From assembly GCA_002071685.1 (NCBI GenBank), contig MWBO01000031.1, positions 702 to 64,701 of the forward strand: DNA of 64,000 nt, written 5' to 3'. The notes under the pieces were generated by a model. It was given only the letters and a program-made list of their open reading frames with translations, was not told the origin of the DNA and did not search any database. Source of the DNA: a candidate division WS2 bacterium ADurb.Bin280 (GTDB taxonomy: Bacteria > Patescibacteriota > UBA1384 > DTJR01). Shown one piece after another: positions 39,101 through 48,058 of this stretch. Position numbers and translations under genes: made by a program. Within the stretch, counting starts at the first letter, position 1. Every line of letters starts with the position of its first letter.

Positions 39101-39228
39101 ATTATTTCATAATTTTTATACCGCTTTTTCAAATAAGAAGAAGCTTTTTCGATCGCAAGTGCAATACTTTCCTGCTCGTTGAAGGCAGGCATCACTAACG
39201 AAAATTCTAGACTTTCATTTTTTTTCAC
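36127..39228 (-). CDS. fusion protein: GT2 synthase, then a polytopic GT-C-like membrane domain, then a ~400 aa extracytoplasmic C-terminal domain
   Basis: N-terminal motifs LVMPAFNE, IIVNDGSSD and TDSDLQF. A block of about 12 TM helices follows, then a soluble beta-rich tail. Confidence 0.6.
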   Translation of the reverse strand: MKKNESLEFSLVMPAFNEQESIALAIEKASSYLKKRYKNYEIIIVNDGSSDKTLDNARNCQKFEKNLKIIDHEKNLGYGAAVWKGLSLAQGELIFFTDSDLQFDINQLDEFIKFIDKNDAVIGYRKNRAEGTRRHLNALGWRIICFLLLGIKFKDIDCAFKLFKKQTISDLEIISQGAAFSAELLFKIKKKGCRILQKPVCHFKRTAGRPTGANFSVILKGFKEIYRFYKTEECLVKSRSVVIFSLAILSLFLSRILLLSSSADFFDSNQYIARTTESDFLKALTNGHAPFHPLYLFFSNLIYRLQIFSSPALSASLASALLGCSSIILFFAILRRLFGSTVAWMSSIIYAIFPYVYISQITILVDATMHFFFYLSLYFFVLFCESEKKLKQYLLIIFSGLALSLAALAHTQVAFWSVAFFAVALIKLPVLRKKTLRGIVLSVILFVFFALTSIAMYSLLLIYSESKGYIAMGINSFSAAVEFLLFGNVGDRSSISFVEYLKRFSTVSISLPLILSFASLLLIVFKKHYRQFVAFAIWLLPPLLTSSYIYENLHGRAMMMSLAPIAVLSSLLCLKLKRLGLFVYVVVVLQLILIVVPQVYAYHNLPSPNESLSEFQKKSDPGGVFSSSNVTRTWSSYDGEFINFGDVGVGAGEVYKKSRDAISRGASAYLSSDAIYHPFWRFDGQYFDIRSSGANGASDHPTLLFEVFTKMNVSIDRTSSIFKQAIYKLSFERSKGVVDDIAEISKTKNITFGRIVSDNLPVSNLAVNIYSNQLCRVVKEDASRLDLLKCFLRSLKYGKSVLNWTFTDKDGWFYIAEDEDPEELELVLGINQSETRIGNNYQGFVQKDEIIVKAEKFEQIDDIEILKNKIEQQKESFYIVTKNIGLKTVFYYYPIKVDVKLTNKIEAENLSSQMGSISESGSFSAGKQRFCNENALGYLVSGPYLNLGEGRYTANFRLAIKNIKDENNPAIIDVVGASGGLARAELKSKTNNGSYQDFKLEFELLDPVSQVELRVKSAGGAELAVDYIELIRN

Positions 39229-39258
39229 GTGTTTTATTTAAAAAATATTTTTATTAAG

Positions 39259-40413
39259 CTAAAGCAAGCCGAGCAAAATCCAGAATAATATCGACAAATC
39301 ATTTCTGAAAAAAGGCGTATCAACAATACCATAAATTAAAATTGAAGACAGCGCAGAAACAATTACCGGATCCCTCGAGTTCTTGAGAAAAAAGTAGAGC
39401 ATTAATATAAATGAAGTGATACCCAGTAATCCCATGGTCAAATATATGTGAAAAAATAAATTGTGAGCAGTTAAGGCTTGTGGCGCTATGTACTCACTGT
39501 AATTTATCCGCCCTCTTGTGAGATCGGTAAAATAATCTTGAAAATTTGACAGACCAACCCCCGCCAGCGGCCTTTCCTCGGCGATCTCAATCGAAGTCGT
39601 CCAAATGTAATATCTTATGTTTGACGAATTACCCACTCTACCCATTGCGCCAAAATTTGGTCTGAAAACCCATAGCACACCGGCTATGAGCACAATTGAA
39701 AATAAAACGGCAAAAAGTTTGTAATATGCGAGGTATTTTTTTGCTATAAATTGAGCGCAAACCATCGCAAGACCAACCGGTAAAGCTAGATAAGCCCCTC
39801 TTGAGCCGCTTAAAATTATTGCCACAAATATTAAAACGTCCGCAGTTAGATAGAACAAAAACTTCCCGCTCGCTCTAAAGTTTTTGATCAAACCATGAAA
39901 TCCAATAATAAAGATCGGGACCAAAAACATTGTCAGATAATTTGGGCTCAATCTATCAAGATCAAGTAATCGCCCATCAGAAGAACTCGTCCCGAAAGCA
40001 AACATTACTAGGCTTGCGCTAGCGGTAAGGGCGCCGGAGACAACTAGACAAGCAGGCAACAGCTTAATACTTTCCCTATCGCCATATCTAATCGTCAAAA
40101 ATATCAGAAAGCCATCAATAAAATATGCTTTAAATATACCGGATGATCTAATAAATTGAGGGTCAACAAAAACACTGATCAAGGCAGTTACGACAAAAAA
40201 TAATGATACAAAAAAATATAAGTCGAATTTTATTTTAATCTTTTTCTCTAAAAGACCTGCTAAAAAAGTTATGTAAATAAGAACTTCAAGAGCAGTTGAA
40301 GGGATCGAAAAAATACTAAATCTCAAGATATAAAGGGGCAGAAAAATTACAGTTAAAATAATAAAAATATTGAAAAAACCAAACTGCTTGAATCTTTTTT
40401 TGACCTCATTCAT
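39259..40413 (-). CDS. O-antigen ligase/polymerase-like (Wzy_C) membrane protein
   Basis: Polytopic protein with an SGSRGAYLALPVG loop motif. Confidence 0.55.
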   Translation of the reverse strand: MNEVKKRFKQFGFFNIFIILTVIFLPLYILRFSIFSIPSTALEVLIYITFLAGLLEKKIKIKFDLYFFVSLFFVVTALISVFVDPQFIRSSGIFKAYFIDGFLIFLTIRYGDRESIKLLPACLVVSGALTASASLVMFAFGTSSSDGRLLDLDRLSPNYLTMFLVPIFIIGFHGLIKNFRASGKFLFYLTADVLIFVAIILSGSRGAYLALPVGLAMVCAQFIAKKYLAYYKLFAVLFSIVLIAGVLWVFRPNFGAMGRVGNSSNIRYYIWTTSIEIAEERPLAGVGLSNFQDYFTDLTRGRINYSEYIAPQALTAHNLFFHIYLTMGLLGITSFILMLYFFLKNSRDPVIVSALSSILIYGIVDTPFFRNDLSILFWILLGLL

Positions 40414-41848
40414 TCACACCCTCCAATGCAACTCTACTTGAAGCGGAAAGAAGAGCGATCAAGTACCAAATATGAATAATATAAAGGGTTGAAAAAGTAG
40501 TGTACTGAACCAATATGCCAATAAAAGAAACAAGCAGAGCAAAAACTGTCGCTTTCAAGAAAGTTTCCTTTGACTTTCTCAGCGCTGAAACAGAATTTGT
40601 TATCAGAGAAATAATCAGGGCGACAAAAGACAGAAACACCACCAAACCGCCCTCTGAGAGAATTTCCAAATACTCATTATTGACGATCGACCAACCATCT
40701 TCTTCAGGGGGCTCGTCAGGGTCACCTTGAATGACGGGGCCAAAATTCCCAAGACCAACCCCAAGGACTGGATTGTGAGTAAAAAGTTCCCACGCCAAGG
40801 ATGCAGTCGAAAGTCGCAAAACAACCGACTCTCCCTCGTCCCTATCCTCTACTGCCACGTGAGCAACGAACTCGTCAATAGCCCTAGATTCACCCTTTGA
40901 CAAAGCGAAATACGCACCAAACCCAACTATAAAAATCATAGCTAGAGAAATGGCCACAACCTTGAAATTTAAAATGGCTTTTCTTTGTGAAACGAGCAAA
41001 ATAAGCAAGACAGCCGCGGCTCCAAGATAAGCCCCGCGAGAAACAGCCAAAATAAAATCAATCAAAAGGGCGCCAAGTAAAATATACGACAAAGTTTTAT
41101 TGAAAACTCCTCCGATTAGCCCTTTTAGATTCAAAACGAAAATAAGCAAAATCGGAATAAATAAATAATTGGCAAAATAAAGAGGTTCTTGAGAAAAGGC
41201 CTGAATTCTGGCGAACCCAAATGTAGATTGATCATAGCCCTCCTTAAGAAGTGTGATTTCGTTTGGCAACCCTACAGCATCTCCGGCAAACTGCATCAGT
41301 CCGAAGAAACCAGAAAAAAGAGCCCCCCACAATATTGCGGTCAAGACTTTCTTTATATCTTCTTTTGTTTTAACGGAAAGGGTCACGATCATATAAAGAG
41401 CACCCATCAAAAGCATGAAAACGTAGACTTGAATCGCCCGTGAAAAATTAATCGCCACCGTCAGGCTAATTAACAAAAAAAGCAGAAAATAGATAACGGA
41501 AAACCTTACCTTATCTCTAGGAATCTTGCTTCTTTCAGCAAAAAAAGAAATCAGGCAAGCGATAAGTGATATCAGGATCAAAATATGATTTATCTTCAAA
41601 GTTGCTCCGCCGATCTCAAGAGTGGGAACTCTTTCAAAGGGCAAGAAAAAACCTATTAAGATAGGAGCTATCACCGGCTTTTTCACAATTAGCGGAATCA
41701 GCCCTATCGCTAATGTAAGCGAAAGTATAAAGACAAGGCCGATAGGAAACTTCAAGTAGGACAGAGCGATGCCGGATACAAATGCCAAAATAATCGCTAT
41801 GAAATAAAAGACAATCAGGCCTCGATTTTTCATTATTTTGTTAAACAT
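40406..41848 (-). CDS. O-antigen ligase/polymerase-like (Wzy_C) membrane protein
   Basis: Polytopic protein with an AVSRGAYLGAAAV motif and a large external loop. Confidence 0.55.
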   Translation of the reverse strand: MFNKIMKNRGLIVFYFIAIILAFVSGIALSYLKFPIGLVFILSLTLAIGLIPLIVKKPVIAPILIGFFLPFERVPTLEIGGATLKINHILILISLIACLISFFAERSKIPRDKVRFSVIYFLLFLLISLTVAINFSRAIQVYVFMLLMGALYMIVTLSVKTKEDIKKVLTAILWGALFSGFFGLMQFAGDAVGLPNEITLLKEGYDQSTFGFARIQAFSQEPLYFANYLFIPILLIFVLNLKGLIGGVFNKTLSYILLGALLIDFILAVSRGAYLGAAAVLLILLVSQRKAILNFKVVAISLAMIFIVGFGAYFALSKGESRAIDEFVAHVAVEDRDEGESVVLRLSTASLAWELFTHNPVLGVGLGNFGPVIQGDPDEPPEEDGWSIVNNEYLEILSEGGLVVFLSFVALIISLITNSVSALRKSKETFLKATVFALLVSFIGILVQYTTFSTLYIIHIWYLIALLSASSRVALEGVNE

Positions 41849-42912
41849 TTTTCATAAATTTCTATAGTCTTGCGGGCGGTTTGCTTCCAATCAAACTTAC
41901 TAACCTGCTCAATGTTTTTCTTTTGCATTTCACGGTAAAGTGAACTATCACGATTAAGCTTGGTAATGGCCTCTATCCAAGCGCTCTTCTTTCTTGGTGA
42001 AATTAAAATTCCCGCATCCCCTATAACTTCGGGCATCGAAGAAGTGTCCGATGAAATGACGGGAACGCCACAGGCCATCGCCTCAAGGGGCGGCAAGCCG
42101 AACCCTTCATAAAGTGACGGGAAAGTGAAAATTTTTGCCCCTTGATAAAGAGCCGCTTTGTCCTTCTCGTCGATGTAGCCAGTAAAGATTACTTTATCTT
42201 TGAGATTGAGTTTTTCAACCTTTTCAAACAAACCTTCGTAATACCACCCCTTTTTCCCGGTGATCACCAATGATAAATTTTTGTTTTTGGGATCTTTGAT
42301 AACCTCAAAGAAAACATCTATCAAAAAATTCAGGTTTTTACGGGGTTCGAGGGTGCCTACATGCAGTAAATAATCATTTTCAAGATTGTACTTATCGCGA
42401 ATTATTTTCAAATCGTTTGAGCCAGCAGGTTTTTTCAACCTTGAATCGTAGCCGTTGTGGATAACTGTAATTTTGTCAGAAGGAATTTTCAAAACCCTAA
42501 CTATGTCCGCCTTCGTAGAATGTGAAATTGAAATTATCTGCTTTGCCTTGCGATAAGAAAAGGGCATCCATTTAGAATAAAAAATTCTTGAGGCAAATGG
42601 AATATTCTGGGGAAACAAAATGCTGATAATGTCATGGATCGTCACAACTACCTCGCCACTAAACATCATCGGAGCAGAAAAGCACGGTTGATGAATAATT
42701 TGAGCACCATGATTTTTGGCTAAACGAGGAAATTTATATTGGTCCCAAATAAATCGCTCTGGTGTGGAAAAATCTTTTGACGTGTCTGGACTGATTAAAA
42801 CAAACTCATTTTGTGCGCCATTTTCCTTAAGATTTTCGACTAAATTTGAAACATAAAAACCAAATCCGGTTGGTTGACCTAGGGTAGTTTGGGTATCAAT
42901 GGCAATTTTCAA
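41833..42912 (-). CDS. glycosyltransferase family 4
   Basis: YEGFGLPPLEAMACGVPVISSD motif. Confidence 0.8.
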   Translation of the reverse strand: MKIAIDTQTTLGQPTGFGFYVSNLVENLKENGAQNEFVLISPDTSKDFSTPERFIWDQYKFPRLAKNHGAQIIHQPCFSAPMMFSGEVVVTIHDIISILFPQNIPFASRIFYSKWMPFSYRKAKQIISISHSTKADIVRVLKIPSDKITVIHNGYDSRLKKPAGSNDLKIIRDKYNLENDYLLHVGTLEPRKNLNFLIDVFFEVIKDPKNKNLSLVITGKKGWYYEGLFEKVEKLNLKDKVIFTGYIDEKDKAALYQGAKIFTFPSLYEGFGLPPLEAMACGVPVISSDTSSMPEVIGDAGILISPRKKSAWIEAITKLNRDSSLYREMQKKNIEQVSKFDWKQTARKTIEIYEKCLTK

Positions 42913-44384
42913 TCTCTGCTCCTTGAAATTAGACTATTAACAAAACCTGCGGGCAATACATTGAAAATATAAATACAAAGAACATAAACCGCTACGCAAA
43001 AAGCGCAAGCAAGCATAACGTTAATATTGGCTTGAAGCATTAAATAAGCAACCGCGCCCATAGCCAGAGAGCAAAGGATAATCCTCGGGATTCTATCTAA
43101 CTTCAGTGGTATTTTTATAAATCTTCTCGAAACGATATAAGTGACAGCCACAACCAGAATTTCCGTTGTCAATGTAGCGAATGCCGCACCAACATAGCTA
43201 AAACGCGGAATCAAAATTAGATTCAAGACAACATTAAAAAGGGCAAAGCCGATGGTTGGATAAACAAGTGCTTTCTGTCCTCCAATTGATACAACCAAGT
43301 AATTGTATAAAGCGGTGAAAAAATTGATCCCGACAGAAAAAATCAAAATCCTCAGACAGGTCACGGACGTCATCTGATAACCCATTATACTTACCGTTGA
43401 AGAGGATATGAATTCATCTCCGCGCGATCCGGCAATAAAAGAAATAATCGGCGCAGATAAAATGAATGTAGCCACTACGATTGGTGCCGCCAAAACCACC
43501 AAGGCATCAAACTGTTTCTGAAAAGCACTGTTTAATCGACTGTCTTTGTTGACTGCGTAGCTGGTAATCAAGGGGAAAGCCGCCCCCAGAAGCATGGTCG
43601 GAATATATTGCAAAACCTCCAGAAGCTTGTACGGAGTTCCATAAATACCTACATCAACCATCCCTTTCATAAAAGAAAGCATCAGGGAGTCCATTTTGTA
43701 ATAAACAAATCCAAACATCATCGTAATACCGATCGGCGCAGCCAAAGCGATCACTTTTTTCAAATACACCTTGTCAAAAGAAAAGCCGATCTCAACATAT
43801 TTTGAAACCGCGAAAAGATTTATCAAAAAATTAAGGGCATTGCCTGCAATATAGGAGGCCATAATGACATAGAAGCCGGCCTGCAAATAAACAAGCAAAT
43901 AAATTATCAAAAGAGTTAAGATTCTCCCGACAACCTCGGCTCCAACAGCAATGTCCATCCGATACTTGTTCAAGAAAACACCGACCAAGGTTGAGTTCAT
44001 CGTCAGAAAAAACCAAGCCAGCGTCACTATTCCCACTGCCAGCTTCACATCATAAGGATAATTAAATAACCAAACGCAAGCAAAGGAGAGTAGATGCACA
44101 AAAAGTGCCAAAAATAACCGCAAAGTGAAAATGTTTTTAAATACCTTATTTTTGTCTTCGCTAATAGAGAGCTCCCTGATAAGCGTCCATTGCAAGCCAA
44201 AATCAGCAAAAATTGAGAAAAAAGCGACAAAAGCAAAGGCAGTTGTGTATTTGCCCACCCCCTCAATCCCAAGGTACTCGAAAAGAGCGGCTACCGTCGC
44301 CAAAGATACCAAAATGCCCACAAGCTTGCCGATCATCTGCGCTCCGGCACTATAAGCAATCTTCTTTGTATTGTTATCGTTCAT
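42909..44384 (-). CDS. Wzx-like polysaccharide flippase (MOP superfamily)
   Basis: About 14 TM helices and a typical PST-family N-terminus. First gene of the glycan operon. Confidence 0.7.
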   Translation of the reverse strand: MNDNNTKKIAYSAGAQMIGKLVGILVSLATVAALFEYLGIEGVGKYTTAFAFVAFFSIFADFGLQWTLIRELSISEDKNKVFKNIFTLRLFLALFVHLLSFACVWLFNYPYDVKLAVGIVTLAWFFLTMNSTLVGVFLNKYRMDIAVGAEVVGRILTLLIIYLLVYLQAGFYVIMASYIAGNALNFLINLFAVSKYVEIGFSFDKVYLKKVIALAAPIGITMMFGFVYYKMDSLMLSFMKGMVDVGIYGTPYKLLEVLQYIPTMLLGAAFPLITSYAVNKDSRLNSAFQKQFDALVVLAAPIVVATFILSAPIISFIAGSRGDEFISSSTVSIMGYQMTSVTCLRILIFSVGINFFTALYNYLVVSIGGQKALVYPTIGFALFNVVLNLILIPRFSYVGAAFATLTTEILVVAVTYIVSRRFIKIPLKLDRIPRIILCSLAMGAVAYLMLQANINVMLACAFCVAVYVLCIYIFNVLPAGFVNSLISRSRD

Positions 44385-44516
44385 ATAAAAAGGTTTTCTA
44401 CGAGTAAAATATTACTTCAAAGACTTCAAATAGGCAACACGAAAGACAGCTTTATTTGACGCAAGTATTTTTGTATAATTAATTCAAAAGGAGGGTAACT
44501 GGACCCAAAGAAAAAG

Positions 44517-45047
44517 ATGATTCTTATCGTGTTGGGATTGACGGTGGTTTTGATAATCATCTTGTTAATTCTGTCACCGACAAGCAAAAAAGATCAATCA
44601 ATAACCGAGCAAGACAAAATCAAGACCTCTCAAGGAGAAAATAACATTGTTGCTCTTCCGACCCAAACAGCTTCCTCGCCCCAAGGGGGTGGGATCTCCG
44701 GTGGCAAGCTCGCCGATTCGAGTGTTGCAGTGGCGTCGGTAACACCATTTCCTGGATCGGGAGATCTGGACTGGACAAGAAACGACAAAATTGACCGAGA
44801 AAAACTAGTGGAAAACAGCAAGGTGAGAAATATCAGTGCCTGTGAATTATCGGGACTTGAAAACAGCTGGAAAAACCCGGTTGAGAAATTCGTTTGCGAT
44901 AGCATGGAATTTCTCGACCTAAGAGTTTTGGAGGGATTAAATCAACTAGCTTGTATGCTTTCGCTTAATGCCCTTCAAACAAATGTCGATGCAGATCTTG
45001 ACATGGCCTACATCGACGGAGAGTGTCGAATAATAGATAGAAAATGA
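44517..45047 (+). CDS. single-pass membrane protein with a 4-Cys C-terminal domain (operon gene 1)
   Basis: N-terminal TM segment. AGGAGGG at 44489-44495 lies 21 nt from the ATG; an in-frame CTG at 44499 is an alternative start. Confidence 0.45.
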   Translation: MILIVLGLTVVLIIILLILSPTSKKDQSITEQDKIKTSQGENNIVALPTQTASSPQGGGISGGKLADSSVAVASVTPFPGSGDLDWTRNDKIDREKLVENSKVRNISACELSGLENSWKNPVEKFVCDSMEFLDLRVLEGLNQLACMLSLNALQTNVDADLDMAYIDGECRIIDRK

Positions 45048-45787
45048 AAAAAGTTATATTCATCCTCTCAGCTGTCTTTTTGCTCTCCGGTTTTGGCGCA
45101 CCGTGCCTTTGCGCTAACACTGCGCTAGCCTATAGCCCAGGTCAACCTGGTGAATTGACAGAAGCGCTGAGACTTCAAAAAAGCAGCAGCGAGTGGATCA
45201 ACCAGCTATACAATGTCAGCAAAACACTCCTAAATGCCATTTTGCTCATTGGATTAATCATTGCCGCAATCGCTATGACCTTAAGTCTGCCGATAGAGAG
45301 CTACACTATCAAAAAAATGATGCCCCGAGTTATATTTGCTGTGTTAATCGGAAACACCATAATCAGCATCGCCGCCATCGGATCCTCAATCATCGACAAC
45401 ATCATGCAAATAAGTATTTTCAAATGGACCTGGACAGACACGCTTTCGATTATGGGAATGAACCTGGCGGATACCCTCAAAGCGTTTGCATATTCTCTTC
45501 CGGCGATAACCAATGCGGTTTCGGGTGGAATTCTTGTGATTGGGCTACTCTTATCGCTTCTACCAGCACTTTTTATAATAATCGTAAATTTGTTCCTTAG
45601 CCTTCGAGTTTGGATTGTATTAATAGCGGTTGCGCTAGGTCCGATTGCCGTAGGGCTTTCACTCCTCCCCTTTACAGAAGGTCTTTACAAAAAATGGTAC
45701 AAGATTTTGATATTTTGGCTTGTTTTTCCGCTAATTGTTAACTTCTTTTTATTTATCATCAAACTAATACCAGATATAAATCCCTAG
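45044..45787 (+). CDS. VirB6/TrbL-like polytopic membrane protein, minimal form (operon gene 2)
   Basis: Signal peptide and 5-6 TM helices. Carries the motif LRVWIVLIAVALGPIAVGLSLLPFTEGLYKKWYKILIFWLVFPLIVNF. ATGA overlap with gene 1. Confidence 0.5.
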   Translation: MKKVIFILSAVFLLSGFGAPCLCANTALAYSPGQPGELTEALRLQKSSSEWINQLYNVSKTLLNAILLIGLIIAAIAMTLSLPIESYTIKKMMPRVIFAVLIGNTIISIAAIGSSIIDNIMQISIFKWTWTDTLSIMGMNLADTLKAFAYSLPAITNAVSGGILVIGLLLSLLPALFIIIVNLFLSLRVWIVLIAVALGPIAVGLSLLPFTEGLYKKWYKILIFWLVFPLIVNFFLFIIKLIPDINP

Positions 45788-45808
45788 CTAAAAGCAATTG
45801 GAGGAAAA

Positions 45809-47653
45809 ATGAGTGAAGTTATCGCAGAGTTAATTCCAATGTTAGTAAGAACTGGAATTTTGTTACTGATAATTATGGCCCCGTTTAAATGGGAAAAAGA
45901 GTTGAGTGGATTGTGGTCTCAGGTGGTTAAATACGGCAAGATTGCCGCTGTTACTCAGGTGGCAACAATCGGCGCTGGCATAGCAGTAGGATCAAGAAAT
46001 ATTATAGAACGGCGTAAGGCGGCAAGAAATTTTGAATTTAAAAAACTCACAAGTCAAAGCGGAGAAGAATTAAATAAAAGCATAGACTCATTAGCACAGG
46101 CACGGGTAAGGCGCACCGCCAAAGATCCAGACGAAGCCAAGCGCGTAGATTTTGACACGGCAAAAGCCGAAATAAGCCAAGAAATACAAGACGGGAACAA
46201 AAGCGATATAATCAAAGACATTGCTTATGATTCGCCGGCTGGCAAACCAAAAAAAGGCTTCAACGCAAACTTTGCGATGGGTAGGTTGGGGTCGTTTGCA
46301 TTTCCCGATAGGTACCTTGACAGGATACTAACCGGCACTTCAACTGTAATGTTTCTTACGCAAGCATTGAAAAACCGTTCCGAGTTTAAAAAGAACATAG
46401 CAAAATCAACATTTGGCAAATTTGCAGAAACGGGACTAGCCGAGGGAGCCCCCGCAAAAATAGATCGAAGGATTCAGGGGCAATATGAAGACATTCGAAC
46501 ATTTGACTCAATCAGCGATGTGGCAGATTATGATCCAGAAAATTTAAAAGTACTCAGGGGTATATATGCTCGTTTAATGGGCCTGCCGTATAACGAAGAT
46601 GAAAGCCTAATGACAACCGATCAGTTAGTAGCGGTGACAAGTGGCCTTATCGAACATTTAAAGGATCCCATCCTCGGCGGAAAAGATGCGAGAGCCTATG
46701 ATAACGATCCAGTGCTTATTGCCTTCCAAGAATATCACCGCAACAAACCAAATGGCCCGACTGATGGCTACAACGAAATCGGAGCAATGATCGCTGTTCA
46801 CAAAAAAATAATGGAACTGGCCCCTAGAGAACTGAGCCGTTATGCAAGAGGAGAAAAGCTTGGTGAAGAAGATAGAAGAAGGTTTATGAGCGCAAGCATG
46901 TTGGGTCAACTAGGAAAAGTAGGGTATCAACCCACAGATTTCAAAACAAAAGATAGGGGTTCTGGTGACGAAGGTGACGAAGAACCACCTCCAGGAACAA
47001 GCCCTACAGGACCAAGCAGACCACCGACGCCAACTCCACCACCACCTCCGGAATCATCGTCAAGTCCAGACTACCTGGAACTTGTAAAAGCCGTCTCCGC
47101 AGTGGAGAGCAAGGTTGAATCTTCAGGAGATAGGGCTAAGGATGGCCTGGAAAAAATCGGGGGGCTAATCGCACACTTCGGCGAAAACCCTCCGAAAAAC
47201 ATTGACGCTCAAGCAGTGGCTCAAACTAATAGACGAATCTTGACGCAATTAAAAGATCGAGGGAAAGAAACAGTCGCAGATCAAATCGAAAGCGAGGGAC
47301 AATCTCTTGATGTCGAGAGTTTGCCCGAAGAAGACAGGGGCGTTGCAGAAGAATATTTACGAAACCAGAGAATTGCGACCGCCCTTTCGGTTAACGAAAC
47401 TAACCCCATAGCAATTAGTATAGCGCAAAACATATTGACAAAACCAGGAGAGGACCTACCTAACAAATTGAATCAACTACAGAGCTCTCTTGATGCATTA
47501 ACTAAAACTCGAGATGGAGGCGATGCGTTCAGAGGTCCCATAATACAAGCCATAAAAGACATAACCGGCACCACTGCAACCTCCGAAAGAGACATAATAT
47601 TTAATACTCAAAGCGCTATTGAGGCATTGAGAAACATAAACCCAAAGGAGTAG
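45809..47653 (+). CDS. hypothetical membrane-anchored protein with a Pro-rich linker (operon gene 3)
   Basis: Two N-terminal TM helices, a PPPGTSPTGPSRPPTPTPPPPP linker and a GGAGGA SD. No NTPase motif seen. Confidence 0.5.
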   Translation: MSEVIAELIPMLVRTGILLLIIMAPFKWEKELSGLWSQVVKYGKIAAVTQVATIGAGIAVGSRNIIERRKAARNFEFKKLTSQSGEELNKSIDSLAQARVRRTAKDPDEAKRVDFDTAKAEISQEIQDGNKSDIIKDIAYDSPAGKPKKGFNANFAMGRLGSFAFPDRYLDRILTGTSTVMFLTQALKNRSEFKKNIAKSTFGKFAETGLAEGAPAKIDRRIQGQYEDIRTFDSISDVADYDPENLKVLRGIYARLMGLPYNEDESLMTTDQLVAVTSGLIEHLKDPILGGKDARAYDNDPVLIAFQEYHRNKPNGPTDGYNEIGAMIAVHKKIMELAPRELSRYARGEKLGEEDRRRFMSASMLGQLGKVGYQPTDFKTKDRGSGDEGDEEPPPGTSPTGPSRPPTPTPPPPPESSSSPDYLELVKAVSAVESKVESSGDRAKDGLEKIGGLIAHFGENPPKNIDAQAVAQTNRRILTQLKDRGKETVADQIESEGQSLDVESLPEEDRGVAEEYLRNQRIATALSVNETNPIAISIAQNILTKPGEDLPNKLNQLQSSLDALTKTRDGGDAFRGPIIQAIKDITGTTATSERDIIFNTQSAIEALRNINPKE

Positions 47654-47656
47654 TTA

Positions 47657-48055
47657 ATGAAAAATTTGACTCTTAGGTTATATGAAAATATCCTTCTTCA
47701 AAATACCCGTGATGAATTGGTAATAGAATTAGTTGGTGAACTTGACTACTTAAAGGATAAGATAAAGAAAATGGCAGAAAAAAAACTACCTTTATCTATT
47801 GAAAGGGGCGACCGGTCAGCCATTCGTAGTATCATCAGAGAATTAGCAGAGTGTCATCTAAAACTAAATGATCCGAGAAAATGGCAGGATATTGAAAGTG
47901 CGAAACGCGAAGAATTGATAGCATTAACTACTGAACAAATTATCAAGATATTAATCGAAAAATACCCTTCTCTAAATGAAGATAGCCTTTATGCAATCGG
48001 CCCTGCATTGATAGAGTGGAACTTTCAAGCCACACAATGGAGAAATGAGGAATAA
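47657..48055 (+). CDS. small soluble helical protein (operon gene 4)
   Basis: 132-aa ORF starting 3 nt after the gene 3 stop. No family recognised. Confidence 0.5.
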   Translation: MKNLTLRLYENILLQNTRDELVIELVGELDYLKDKIKKMAEKKLPLSIERGDRSAIRSIIRELAECHLKLNDPRKWQDIESAKREELIALTTEQIIKILIEKYPSLNEDSLYAIGPALIEWNFQATQWRNEE

Positions 48056-48058
48056 ATA

